Shown here: piece after piece, positions 48,839 to 61,559 of the stretch
Layout of the letters: every line of letters starts with the position of its first letter
Numbering within the stretch: position 1 is the stretch's first letter
NCBI GenBank assembly: GCA_030390025.1
Contig: CM059433.1
Span: forward strand, 4,402,001 to 4,466,000
Direction of reading: 5' to 3'
Length of the DNA: 64,000 bases
Source of the DNA: Squalus acanthias
Lineage: Eukaryota
The notes under the pieces: model-generated
What the model saw: the letters and a program-made list of their open reading frames with translations, nothing else
Told to the model about the DNA's origin: nothing
Databases searched by the model: none
Position numbers and translations under genes: made by a program

Positions 48839-51800
48839 AACCGGAAGATCGTGGCCGGCCTCAGCATCATCAGTGGGGAGGGGAGGGGTCCGGGAAGGCA
48901 ATCAGAGGTCTCATGAGGGTGTCTCCAACGTTAAAACCGGAAGTGGGCGGGTTGGAGGCGGGTTCAGGTCGAGAGTCTGATTTTTAACAATTTAACTGCC
49001 CCCACACTCCAAACCCACCCGTCTTTTAGGTTAAAATTCCCCGCGATGTGTTTAAGAGCTTGGAGACAGAGCTGGGAGCTCGCAAACGGAATGAATCGCA
49101 AGCAGCGTGGAGGAATTTTGTGAGCGCAGGAATTGGTGGAGAGGAGGAAGGCGGTGGAGATGTCTGACTGAAAATGAGGAGTGGAGCCACAGAACCCAAG
49201 GTTTCTAAGTTGATATTCACAAGAGCGGCCCTGCGGGAGAGCGAGAGGAGTGGCCGCAGATAAAGGTAGGCCCAAGAGCCCGGACCACGGTAAGTGACCT
49301 CAGCGCAAGGGAAGGAGCTGATTGGTGAGTAGTTGGTGATTTTTTTCTAAGTCTTAAGTTTATTTCTGTTAAGTTACTTAATAGTCTATTGAGTAGAGGC
49401 ATGGCAGGGCACCTCGGTCCCGTGGAATGCACATCTTGTGCCATGTGGGGACTCCAGGACACTTCCCGTGTCCTGGACAACCACATGTGCAGGAAGTGTC
49501 ATCAGCTGGAGGAGCTCAAACTCCAGATTTCGGAGCTTGAGCAGCAGCTGGCGTCGCTACGGTGCATCCACGAGGCTGAGAGCTACGTGGATAGCACGTT
49601 TCAGGAGGTGGTCACCCCGCAGCATAAGGGTGTGCAGGCAGAGAGGGAATGGGTGACCGCCAGACAGACAAGGAGGACCAGGCAGGTAGTGCAGGAGTCC
49701 CCTGAGTGCATCTCACTCTCCAACCGGTACTGGTGAGGGCAATGGTTCCTCTGGGGAGTACAGCCAGAGCCAAGTCCATGGCACCACGGGTGGCTCAACT
49801 GTACAGTCAATAGTCTAACTATCAATAGTGATAGGAGATTCAATAGTTAGGGGAACAGACAGGCGTTTCTGCGGCCGTAGACGTGATTCCAGGATGGTAT
49901 GTTGCCTCCCTGGTGCCAGGATCAAGGATGTCACTGAGCGACTGCAGAACATTCTGAGGGGGGGAGGGTGAACAGCCAGAGGTTGTGGTCCATATCGGTA
50001 CCAACGACATAGGTAGAAAGAGGGATGAAGTCCTTCAGGCAGATTTTAGGGAGCTAGGAAAGAGATTAAAAAGCAGGACCTCAAAGGTAGTAATCTCTGG
50101 ATTACTCCTGGTGCCATGAGCTAGTGAGTATAGAAATAGAAGGATAGAGCAGATGAATGCGTGGCTGGAGAGATAGTGCAGCAGGGAGGGCTTTAGATTC
50201 CTGGGACATTGGGACCGGTTCTGGGGGAGGTGGGACCTGTACAGGCCGGACGGGTTGCACCTCAACAAAGCTGGGACCAATATCCTTGCGGGGCGGGGTT
50301 TGCTAGTGCTGTTGGGGAGGGTTTAAACTAATTTGGCAGTGGGATGGGCACCAGGATGCAGCATTAGAAAGGAGAAACAAGGTGCACAAAGGATTGGGAG
50401 AGACAGATAGCATTAGAGTAAGAAATAGTGTGGTATTAGGTGGGGTCAGACTAAGAGAGAATACAAGAAGGTCTAAGATAGGTTTACAGTACATGTGAGT
50501 AAATGCACGAAGCGTAGTAAATAAGGTTGGTGAGCTGCAGGCGCAAATAGACACATGGAAATATGATGTTGTGGTGATAACGGAGACCTGGCTCAAAAAA
50601 GGGCAGGATTAGGTTTTAAATATTCCTGGATATAAGGTGTTCAGGAAATATAGGGAAGGAAAGAAAGGAGGTGGTGTGGCAGTATTGGTTAAGGAGAATA
50701 TTACAGTGCTGGAGAGAGAGGATGTCCTGGAGGGGTCAAGGACAGAATCTATTTGGTTAGAGTTAAGAAACAATAGAGGTGTTATTACACTTCTAGGTGT
50801 ATTCTATAGGCTATCAACTAGTGGGAAGGATATAGAGGAGCAAATTTGCAGGGAAATTACAGAGAGGTGCAAGAACTATAGAGTAGTGATAATGGGGGAC
50901 TTCAACTATCCTAATATAGACTGGGATAGTAATAGTGTAAAGGGCAGAGAGGGGGAAGAATTTTTAAAGTGTGTTCAGGAGAACTTTCTTGATCAGTACA
51001 TTTCCGGCCCAATGAGGAAGGAGGCATTGCTGGATCTGGTTCTGGGGAATGAGGTCGGTCAAGTAGAGCAAGTGTCAATAGGGGAACATTTAGGGAACAG
51101 TGATCATAGTATCATGAGGTTTAAACTAGCTATGGGAAAGGACAGGGAGCAATCTAGAGTAAAAATACTTAATTGAAGGAAAGCCAATTTTAGTGGGTTG
51201 AGAATGTATCTGGCCCGGGTAAACTGGAATCAAAGATTGGCAGGCAAAACTGTAATCGAACAATGGGCTGCCTTTAAAGAGGAGATGGTTCGGGTACAGT
51301 CGAGGTACATTCCCACGAGGGGGAAGGTAGGGCAACCAAAGTCAGAGCTCCCTGGATGATTGAAAGAGATAGAGAGTAAGATGAAGCAGAAAAAGGGGAC
51401 GTATGACAAATGTCAGGTTGAGAATACAAGTGAGAACCAGGCTGACTATAGAAGCTTCAGAGGGAAAGTGAAAAAGGAAATAAGAGGGGCAAAAAGAGGG
51501 TATGAGAATAGAACGGCAGCTAACATAAAAGGGAATCCAAAAGTCTTCTATAGGTATATAAATAGTAAACGGGTAGTAAGAGGGGGGGTGGGGCCGATTA
51601 GGGACCAAAATGGAGACCTACGCATGGCGGCAGAGGGCATGGCTGAGATACTAAATGAGTACTTTGCATCTGTCTTCACCAAGGAAGAGGAGGCTGCCAA
51701 AGTCATAGTGAAAAAGGAGGTAATTGAGATACTGGATGGGATAAAAATTGATAAGGAGGAGGTACTAGAAAGGCTGGCTGTACTTAAAGTTGATAAGTCA

Positions 51801-52760
51801 CCAGGACCAGATGGGATGCATCCTAGGATGCTGAGGGAAGTAAAGGTGGAAATTGCGGAGGTACTGGCCATAATCTTCCAATCCTCCTTGGATACAAGTC
51901 TGGGACCAGAGGACCAGAGAATGGCAAATGTTACACCCTTGTTCAAAAAAGGGTGTAAGGATAAACCCAGCAACTACAGGCCAGTCAGTTTAACCTCGGT
52001 GGTGGGGAAGCTTTTAGAAACGATAACCCGAGACAAAATTAACAGTCACTTGGACAAGTGTGGATTAAGTAAGGAAAGCCAGCACGGATTTGTTAAAGGC
52101 AAATCGGGTTTAACTAACTTGTTTGAGTTTTTTGATGAGGTAACAGAGAGGGTTGATGAGGGCAATGCAGTTGATGTGGTATACATGGACTTCCAAAAGG
52201 CGTTTGATAAAGTGCCACATAATAGGCTGGCCAGCAAAGTTGAAGCCCATGGAATAAAAGGGACAGTGGCAGCATGGATACGAAATTGGCCAAGTGACAG
52301 GAAACAGAGAGTAGTGGTGAACGGTTGTTTTTCAGACTGGAGGAAGGTATACAGTGGTGTTCCCCAGGGGTCGGTACTAGGACCACTGCTTTTCTTGATA
52401 TATATTAATGATTTGGACTTAGGTGTACAGGGCACAATTTCAAAATTTACAGATGACACAAAAATTGGAAGTATAGCGAACAATGAGGAGGATAGTGATA
52501 GACTCCAAGAGGACATAGACAGGCTGGTGGAATGGGCGGACACGTGGCAGATGAAATTTAAGGCAGAAAAGTGTGAAGTGATACATTTTGGTAGGAAGAA
52601 TGAGGAGAAGCAATATAAACTAAAGGGTACAATCCTAAAGGGGGTGCATGAACAGAGAGACCCGTGGGTATATGTGCACAAATCGTTGAAGGTGGCAGGG
52701 CAGGTTGAGTAAGCGGATAAAAAAGCATACGGGATCCTGGGTTTAATAAATAGAGATATA

Positions 52761-53653
52761 GGGGGAAAAATTCAGTCGCGCCCCGTTTGGGGCGCAAATA
52801 TCGTCCGGGCGCAAAAATTAGCGCCTGGCGCTAATTATCGCCACTGACTGGAAACTTCACTTTTAACGCCCCGGGAGGTGATTGGAGCACTAAATCAGGC
52901 GCTGCACACCTGTCTTAAGGTGCAAAGGCCGAGGAGTGAGGCGCTAACTCAGAGCGCTGGCGAAGTTCATGTGATATCAGTCAGCAATGGAACACACACA
53001 CAATGGCACGGGCCAGTTCTTAAAGGGGATGGTTAATCTTGCTTTCCATCCACATCCTGCTCATTGCAGCCTTGAATCTCGGCCTGGAGAGACCTGCACA
53101 TCAAATGTGCTGGAAAGAACAATGGAGAGTACCAGGCAAAGAGCTCAGAGTGCAGCCCCCACAGTCTCTGCTAAATCGATACAAGGAATGGCAAATCAAA
53201 ATGAACCTGCAAAGTGCTGCTCAGTACCCAAAACTCCTTCACACAACGTTGAATCTCTCCAGAAGTCTCTCCCCCTCTCTCTCAGAATGCGTAGTTCAAA
53301 AATGGCACCAACAATAAAAGGTAGGAAGCGGTCACCTTTAAATAGCGCTCCCCCTTTCCCTTCATGACTGCAGAACGCTCCTCTCAACCTGTCGTTGCTA
53401 GCGTCAGGCGGTAAGGCAGGGGGCGCCACTCAATATCCACTCCGGGGCGATACCGGGGCGTTGCGCACTCGAGTGACGTCATGATCTGCCGGTGCAGGAG
53501 ATCGCGGCGATAAAGTTTAGCGCCGCCGCAAAATGTCTAGTTAAGTTCTCGAGCGGCGCAAACATCGCTGCGCCCGGGTGCTAGCTGCTTTGCGCCCCAT
53601 TAGCGCCCTCTTAAGGCGCTAACGGGAGGCGCAACCAACTGAATTTTTCCCCC
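52761..53653. mobile_element. Harbinger-like MITE inserted in CR1 RT
   Basis: Perfect 16-bp TIR GGGGGAAAAATTCAGT; 3-bp TSD ATA (52758-52760, 53654-53656). Confidence 0.88.
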
Positions 53654-54504
53654 ATAGAGTACAAAAGCAAGGAAGTTATGATGAACCTTTATAAAACATT
53701 GGTTGGCCTCAACTGGAGTATTGTGTCCAATTGTGGGCACCGCACTTTAGGAATGATGTGAAGGCTTTAGAGAGGGTGCAGAAAAGATTCACAAGAATGG
53801 TTCCAGGGATGAGGGACTTCAGTTACGTGGATAGACTGGAGAAGCTGGGGTTGTTCTCCTTAGAGCAGAGAAGATTGAGAGGAGATTTGATAGAGGTGTT
53901 TAAAATCACGAGGGGTCTGGACAGAGTAGGTAGAGAGAAACTGTTCCCATTGGCGGAAGGGTCGAGAACCAGAGGACAGAGATTTAAGGTGATTAGCAGA
54001 AGAACCAAAGGCGACATGAGGAAAAACTTTTTTACGCGGCGAGTTTTTATGCAGCAGAAGGACGCAGTGGAGGAGCAGGCAGGTCTAGGGGTGGGGGAGA
54101 TTACGGGGGGGGGAGGGGCGGGATGGTGGTCGCTGGGAGGATAGAGCATGGTCGGGGGTGGGGGCGGTGATTGCGGGGGCAGATCAGGAGGTCAGACAGA
54201 TCGCGGGGGGTTTACAGGTAAGCTTGTTGGGCCCTAGATGAAGTATTCCCGCTCCTCTTGGCCCACAAGCAGTGCTGTAAAGGCACTTACCTTATGGATC
54301 CAGCCCTTCTTGCCTCCTTTTACCTGCCGGGTTTCCCGAGGCCTGGGAAACCTGGCCAACATGAGTTTAAAAATAGAAAGCTTGTAAAATTGGAGGCACG
54401 CAGCCTTCTTAAAAACTTTTAATGACCGACCTGCCTCCTGAGAGTAGTTTGGTCACCCGCCTGCGTCCCGCCCTCGTTAAAACCTGAAATAGGCGGGTTG
54501 GGTT

Positions 54505-55210
54505 GGGGTTTAAGGGGATTGACAGGGTAGATGCTGAGAAGATGTTTCCCCTGGCTGGAGTGTCTAGAACCAGGGGGCACAGTCTCAGGATAAGGGGTCG
54601 GCCATTCAAGACTGAGATGAGGAGGAATTTCTTCACTCAGAGGGTTGTGAATCTTTGGAATTCTCTGCCCCAGAGGGCTGTGATGCTGAGTTGTTGAGTA
54701 TATTCAAGGCTGAGATAGATAGATTTTTGGACTCATGGGGAATCGAGGGATATGGAGATCAGGCAGGAAAGTGGAGTTGAGGTCGATGATCAGCCATGAT
54801 CTTATTGAAAGGCAGAGCAGGCTCGAGGGGCCGTGTGGCGGAGCAGGCTGGAGGGGCCGTACGGCGGAGCAGGCTCGAGGGGCCGTGCGGCGGAGCAGGC
54901 TCGAGGGGCCGTGCGGCGGAGCAGGCTCGATGGGCCGTGCGGCGGAGCAGGCTCGAGGGGCCGTGCGGCGGAGCAGGCTCGAGGGGCCGTGCGGCGGAGC
55001 AGGCTCGAGGGGCCGTGCGGCGGAGCAGGCTCGAGGGGCCGTGCGGCGGAGCAGGCTCGAGGGGCCGTGCGGCGGAGCAGGCTCGAGGGGCCGTGTGGCG
55101 GAGCAGGCTCGAGGGGCCGTGTGGCGGAGCAGGCTGGAGGGGCCGTGTGGCGGAGCAGGCTGGAGGGGCCGTGTGGCCGACTCCTGCTCCTATGTCTTAT
55201 GTTTCTTATG
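54505..55210 (+). mobile_element. CR1 3' end with expanded tail
   Basis: ORF 54503-54697 CR1 C-terminus; ends CTCCTGCTCCTATGTCTTATGTTTCTTATG. Confidence 0.85.
54811..55174 (+). repeat. 26-bp minisatellite, 14 copies
   Basis: Unit GGCGGAGCAGGCTCGAGGGGCCGTG(C/T), contiguous, no spacers; derived from the CR1 3' UTR. Confidence 0.95.
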
Positions 55211-57354
55211 AGTGGTTAGGATGTGGAATGCACTGCCTGAGAGGGTGGTGGAGGCAGAAACAATCGTGGCTTTCAAAAGGGAACGGGATAAGTACCTGAA
55301 GGAAATTTTTTTTCATGATTCCATGACTAAAGGATTTGATAGGGTAGATAGAGAGAAACTATTTCCTCTGGTGGGGGTGAATCCAGAACAAGGGGGCAGA
55401 ACCTTAAAGTTAGAGCTAGACTGTTCAGGGGTGATGTCAGGAAGCACTTCTTCACACAAAGGGTAGTGGAAATCTGAAACTCTCCGCCCCCAAAAAGCTG
55501 TTGAGGCATTAGAACATTTCAAAACTGAGATTGATAGATTTTTGTTGGGGTATTGAGGGATATGGAACCAAGGCGGGTGGATGGAGTTAAGATACAGATC
55601 AGCCATGACCTAATTGAATGCCGGAGCAGGCTCGAGGAAATACTCCTCTCCCTATGTTCATATGCTATCACTTAGATAAACTTAGAAATTTATTATTGTG
55701 CCACCTTAAAATGAGAGTATGCAGTGCGCACATTTCCATTCAGTTATTAAAAACATGCACCAACTTTCATATCACTGAACTTCCACACACAATTTCTCTC
55801 TGCACAGCCACCAACTAAGTTAAAAATAAATGAATAATCACATAAGCTTTAAAATTCAGTAAACACAGATACAGACCAATTTGCTGTTCCATCTTTGGAA
55901 AGAGCTGAAATCTGCTGGATTGGCTTGGTACCTCAGAGAATATAACAACTGGGGAATGATTCCCATAATGTCTTCTTTCTTCCCACATTTGGGTCAGAGT
56001 TCCTTAATACTGGAGAAAACATGAGTGAACAAAATCATACTGCTGCTGTGGGCTTGCTGCACAGTCTAATTAGTGCGATGGCTTTCGACGTACAAGCTGA
56101 TGTATCCTAACACATGATTGCAGTAGACTGATCTTTTCAATGAGGGTTGCACACTATGTAAATTCTAGTAACTGCATGGTCAAAGCTCGTCCAACACCAC
56201 TGATTGCTACGGTACAAATGTAACCAGAATTTTCAAATCAATAGTAAGCCGATTAATACTACACTGACAGATTGTACCTGGCCATTGTTTTACATACGTT
56301 ATCAGTTACTGAATGGCGAAGTAAAAGCTGTGCTTACAGTGCAACAGTAAAATTGGTGTGAAGGTGTTTTGCTTCAGACTCACATTAAAGTTGTTGTGTA
56401 AATCCAGAATTAGGGCCCGATGTTACTCTGGAGTCAGATTGGATCATCATTCTTTGTTTAAACTGCAAAAATTTTAGTTGCTGGTGAGAAGCAAAACTGC
56501 TTTCGTTAATAACTATTTTGCATTTTATTTGCTCCCTTGCTGCTGGGCTATAGTTTTAGTGACTATTTTGCTTGTTCTATCCAGCCCGCTGGCCAGATCC
56601 ACGACCTGGACAGCGGGAATTCAGCGGGAGGAGGCCGCCACCGGGAACTCAGTTAAGTAGTAAGGGGGGTTCTGGACGCGATCGGGGCGGGGGGGGCGCA
56701 GGGAGGCAGCCCGGGGCCAGGGAGGACCCAAGGCTTCCCCGTGAGGCCCAGACGAGCACTCCTGCCCCTCCTGGCCCACAGGGACACCTACAATAAAACT
56801 TTAAAACTTACGTGGCTGGGCCTCTTCTGGCCCACGAGCCCCTCCCAGCAGGTCTGGCCTGACGGGGAAGCCATCACTGCTCCCCTGCTCAAGCCTCCAA
56901 CCATAATCGCTGTTCAGGTCCCCCGATGACGCATTCGGGACCGACCTGCATATTTCAAGCAGGACCCTGCTGCCTTCATGTGGGCGTCCCCCTCGCCTGC
57001 TCAAAAGAGCACTTTAACATTGGGCTATGGCGGGAAGGCGAGTCACTGTCCTCATTTTAACTGCCCCCCCCCCCCCCCTCGCTCCCGTGGCCAGGTGGGG
57101 GAATTGAAACCGGGGCCTAAGTGTGAGCTTTTCAGGAATGCATCAGCTGCATGCCCAGGGCATGGTTTCACTCCAAAAACACAAACATGGTTAAAATTGG
57201 TCACCCGTGTTACGTGACTCTCTCTAGTCTGTGTTGGCTGTTCTTTAGAAGCGGCTGAGCCGCCGAGCTATTTGCCAGCTGATTGGTTAACCTATCAGAG
57301 ATCACCTAGAAGAGGAAGCCTCACATTGGGAAAGATTGACATGTGATGTGTTAT

Positions 57355-58348
57355 AATATATTAATGATCTAGACAAGGGAACTAGATGTAATATCTCCAA
57401 GTTTGCAGATGACACAAAGCTGGGTGAGAGTGTGTGCCGTGAGGAGGATGCCGAGAAACTCCAGGATGATTTGGACAGGTTGGGTGATTGGGCAGAAGCA
57501 TGGCAGATGCAGTATAATGTGGATAAATGCGAGGTTATCCACTTTGGTGTCAAAAACAGAAAGGCAGACTATTATCTGAATGGCAATAGATTGGGAGAAA
57601 GTGAAGTGCAACGAGACCTGGGTGTCCTTGTGCACCAGTCGCTGAAGGTAAGCATGCAGGTGCAGCAGGCGGTTAAGAAGGCAAATGATATGTTGGCCTT
57701 CATAGCGAGAGGGTTTGAGTACAGGAACAAGGATGTCTTGCTGCAGTTGTACAAGGCCTTGGTGAGACCACACCTTGAGTACTGTGTGCAGTTTTAGTCG
57801 CCTTATCTGAGGAAGGATGTTCTTGCCATGGAAGGAGTTCAGCGAAGATTCACAAGGCTGATACCTGGGATGGCAGGAATGACGTATGAGGAGAGATTGG
57901 GTCAATTGGGCTTATACTCACTGGAGCTTAGAAGAATGAGAGGGGATCTCATTGAAACTTATAAAATTCTGACAGGACTAGACGGACTAGATGCAGGAAG
58001 GATGTTCCCGATGGTCGGGGAGTCCAGAACCAGGGGTCACAGTCTAAGGATAAGGGGTAAGCCATTTAGGACAGAAATGAGGAGGAATTTCTTCACCCAG
58101 AGAGTGGTGAACCTGTGGAATTCTCTGCCACAGAAGGCAGTAGAGGCCAATTCATTAAATAGATTCAAGAAGGAGTTGGATATATTTCTTAAGGCTAAAG
58201 GGATCAAGGGATATGGGGAGAAAGCAGGGACAGGGTACTGAATTTGGATGATCAGCCATGATCGCATTGAATGGCGGAGCAGGCTAGAGGGGCCGAATGG
58301 CCTACTCCTGCTCCTATCTTCTATGTTTCTATGATTCTATGATTCTAT
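57355..58348 (+). mobile_element. Young CR1 subfamily copy, 5'-truncated
   Basis: ORFs 57432-57797 and 57828-58241; closely similar to 25846-26858. Confidence 0.93.
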
Positions 58349-59270
58349 AATAACAGTTGATGGAGTCTCCACCAAAATGGTAACCGTAAAGTTTGCCATC
58401 ATAGTGAAGGTGTCAAATTACAACCCCAAGTAGCAGGGCGTGAGATAACAAGCTGACACGAGACTGTCACTCGAGATGGGAGAGTTGGCAAGCCTGCCCA
58501 TAAAGCCCAAAATGCATTTAAACCCAAATCTGCCACACATACAAATTCATTCTATATAATTTAATTTTCAATTAGGACCCATCTGCATGGAGATTAGATA
58601 AGCCAGCACAATGTACTGCTCAAATAGCAGGCCTTAATGAATCAGTTTGATGAGAGGAAGTGGACCACACAGCGTGTTGCCTTGCTAATTGTAGGATGGC
58701 AGGCGTGGATGGAATTCACGCTGAATTCAAAAAAAAAACCTGCTGTGGGTGAGGATGGAGAGCAGAGTCAGGATCCACCGACTTACCTGCGAGCTTCACT
58801 TCTGAGGCTGGTGAATAGGATTCTGTTTGAGGCACACACGCACTCAGAGTTTCAGAGTTCAGGTTTGGTTTCTTGCCACAAGAAGGGGATCCTATTGAGC
58901 CCAAAAAACTACCAAGGAATCTCACTGATATAAGTGCCTCTTAAGGCAATCCTTCCGATTGTCCCAGCCTGCATATCAGATGCTTTGGCGTCCCATGGAG
59001 TAACCAGAAAGGAACAGGCTAGATTTGGTTTTCATGAAGAATATACAGGACAGGTGGTGGTTTGTAGACCACTCGGTGTTGTAAGGTGTAAAGTAAACCC
59101 ATTACATTGCTTTTATTGATTGTCAAAAACCTTTTAACCCAGTGCCTCACACGGCCTCGTGATGAAGCTGAAAGCTATGGGAGTACACGGCCAAATCTTG
59201 GTTTTATTCAGGACATGTACTCCAGCTCCAAAATATTTCTAAGGGTAGATGATGAACTCGCTGAACTTCT

Positions 59271-61559
59271 GGCCAGAATTTTGCCAGCGCTCAGAGGGCG
59301 GGTTCGGAGGCGGGTCCGCTGTCAAAATCGAAAAGGTTGACAGCGGGTCGGGATCACACTGTCAACCCGCCTCCATGTCAGTTTCATAAGAAATAAGAGC
59401 AGGAGTGGGCCATACGGCCCCTCGAGCCTGCTCCACCATTCAATAAGATCATGGCTGATCATCGACCTCAACTCCACTTTCCCGCCCGATCTCCATATCC
59501 CTTGATTCCCCTAGAGTCCAAGAATCTATCAATCTCAGCCTTGAATATACTCAAAGACTCAGCATCCACAGCCCTCTGGGGTAGAGAATTCCAAAGATTC
59601 ACCACCCTCTAAGTGAAGAAATTCTTCCTCATCTCAGTCTTAAATGGCCGTCCCCTTATCCTGAGACTATGCCCCCTAGTTCTAGACACTCCAGCCAAGG
59701 GAAACAGCATCTCAGCATCTACCCTGTCAATCCCCTTCAGAATCTTGTATATTTCAATGAGATCACCTCTCATTCTTCTAAACTCCAGAGAGTACAGGCC
59801 CATTCTACACAATCTCTCATCACAGGACAGCCCTCTCATCCCAGGAATCAATCTAGTGAACCTTTGTTGCACCGCCTCCAAGGCAAGTATATTCTTCCTT
59901 AGATAAGGAGACCAAAACTGTGCGCAGTACTCCAGGTGTGGTCTCACCAAGACCTAGTACAATTGTAGCAAGACTTCCTTACTCTTATACTCCAACCCCC
60001 TTGCAATAAAGGCCAACATACTATTTGCCTTCCTTATTGCTTGCTGTACCTGCATGCTAGCATTCTGTGTTTCTTGCACGAGAACACCCAAATCTCTCTG
60101 AACGCTAACATTTGAAAGTTTCTCACCATTTAAAAAATATTCTGCTTTTCTATTCTTCCTACCAAAGTGAATAACCTCACATTTCCCTACATTATACTCC
60201 ATCTGCCACCTTACTGCCCACTCACTTAGTCTATCTATATCCCTTTGCAGACTCTTTGTGTTCTCCTCACTGCTTACTGCCCCACCTAGCTTTGTATCAT
60301 CAGCAAACTTGGATACATTACACTCGGTCCCTTCAGCTAGCTCATTAATATAGATTGTAAGTACCCTTGAAAAAATCTCACCTTGGTCCTCAGGCACACC
60401 AGCATCACCAACAACAACACCAACCTGTTCAGCAATCACCTGATGCTGCACAGGACACAGGGCATCAGCACCCGACTACATTGCTGCTCGGGAGGCCAGG
60501 GATGGCCTCACCATGGCCAGATTTACTTCACTTGACGCTGTACACCTTGGCTGCCACATGATGCGCCAGGTTGGCACCACCCCACACCAGTACCATAAAG
60601 CATCCCTACAATGCCCAGGCCATTCCTTTCACACTCATCACCAATGCGGGGGGTACCGTTATGTCTCACCATTCACTGCAACTCACTAAGCCAGTTCCAA
60701 AGGTGCACACAAATCTGTCCAAGAAGGCAAAGTGTGGAAAATAAAGATTTCATTGTTTGACACCACATCAACAGAAACTTCACATGAACATTGGCTAAAA
60801 CACACAAGTGCCTACCCTTGTGTGTTGTTAGTTGATATGATTGGATGAGGATGAAGGTGAGTGTGAGGGGTGGCTAGTGAGATGGGGAAGTGATAATGTA
60901 GATAGAGAGGGATGGGTGGAGGTGCAAGGTAAGTTGGTGTGAGTAAGGATGTGCAGGAGTAGGGTAGGGAAGGCAGAGTGATGGGGATGTGATGAGAGGC
61001 ACAGCAGGATGAGGTTGAGTGTGGCTTTGCAGTAACGTTTCGTGATCTACTGAGATCATTGAAAGGTTTGCGACACTGCAGCCTGGTCCTCCTGACCACA
61101 ACCCTGCTTGTGTCCTCCTGTGCAATGTGCAACCAGGCTGCGTTGGTGTCCTGGGCAGGTCTCTTCCACCCATGGGAAGGGAAGAGAACCTCCCTGCGTG
61201 CTGTGACTCCCTCCATAAGCATATGGAGGGAGTCATGGGAGAGCCTGGGTGCAGCCATGCACCTTTGTGCAGTGATTGTCAGTGTTTGCAGCACCTCAAT
61301 GCTGTAGAACACTGACAGCACAACTGTCAAAATGAATGTGGACACGGTCCCTTTAAGGAAACCGGCTGATGATGCGTCATCAAATGATGTCATCAGACCC
61401 GCTTCCTTTTAATTGGCCGGGAACCTCGCAGGGCAGGACCTAGCAAAGCCAATCAACAGAAAATTCTTCTCACAGTGCGGGATGGAGCCGGGAGCGGGGT
61501 CGCAACCCGCCACCGACCTCGGCCGCACTGAGTGCGCCTCGGTAGGCAAAATCGCGGCC
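59271..61559. mobile_element. PIF/Harbinger derivative retaining a Myb/SANT-like coding region
   Basis: TIRs GGCCAGAATTTTGCC / GGCCGCGATTTTGCC, flanks TCT/TAT; minus ORF 60812-61393 contains AAPRLSHDSLHMLMEGVTARREVLFP...AWLHIA...RTRLQCRKPFNDL. Confidence 0.75.
59386..60362 (-). mobile_element. CR1 3' part nested in the Harbinger derivative
   Basis: ORFs 59954-60451 (VSKFADDTK) and 59609-59950; tail at ~59386. Confidence 0.92.

Larger units (their letters stand above)
49220..55310 (+). mobile_element. Near full-length decayed CR1 (ORF1 zinc finger/coiled coil/esterase; ORF2 APE and RT) with nested insertions
   Basis: ORF1 CTSC...CRKC and VIGDSIVRG (~49830); APE NARS/ITETWL/GDFN/SDH; RT ORF 51360-52712 (PQGSVLGP, FTDD); resumes at 53654-54045 and ~55210-55310. 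Confidence 0.9.

Noticed and set aside
54811..55174. CRISPR-like array of 26-bp repeats
   Set aside because: Units are contiguous with no unique spacers, derive from the CR1 tail, and there are no cas genes; context is eukaryotic.
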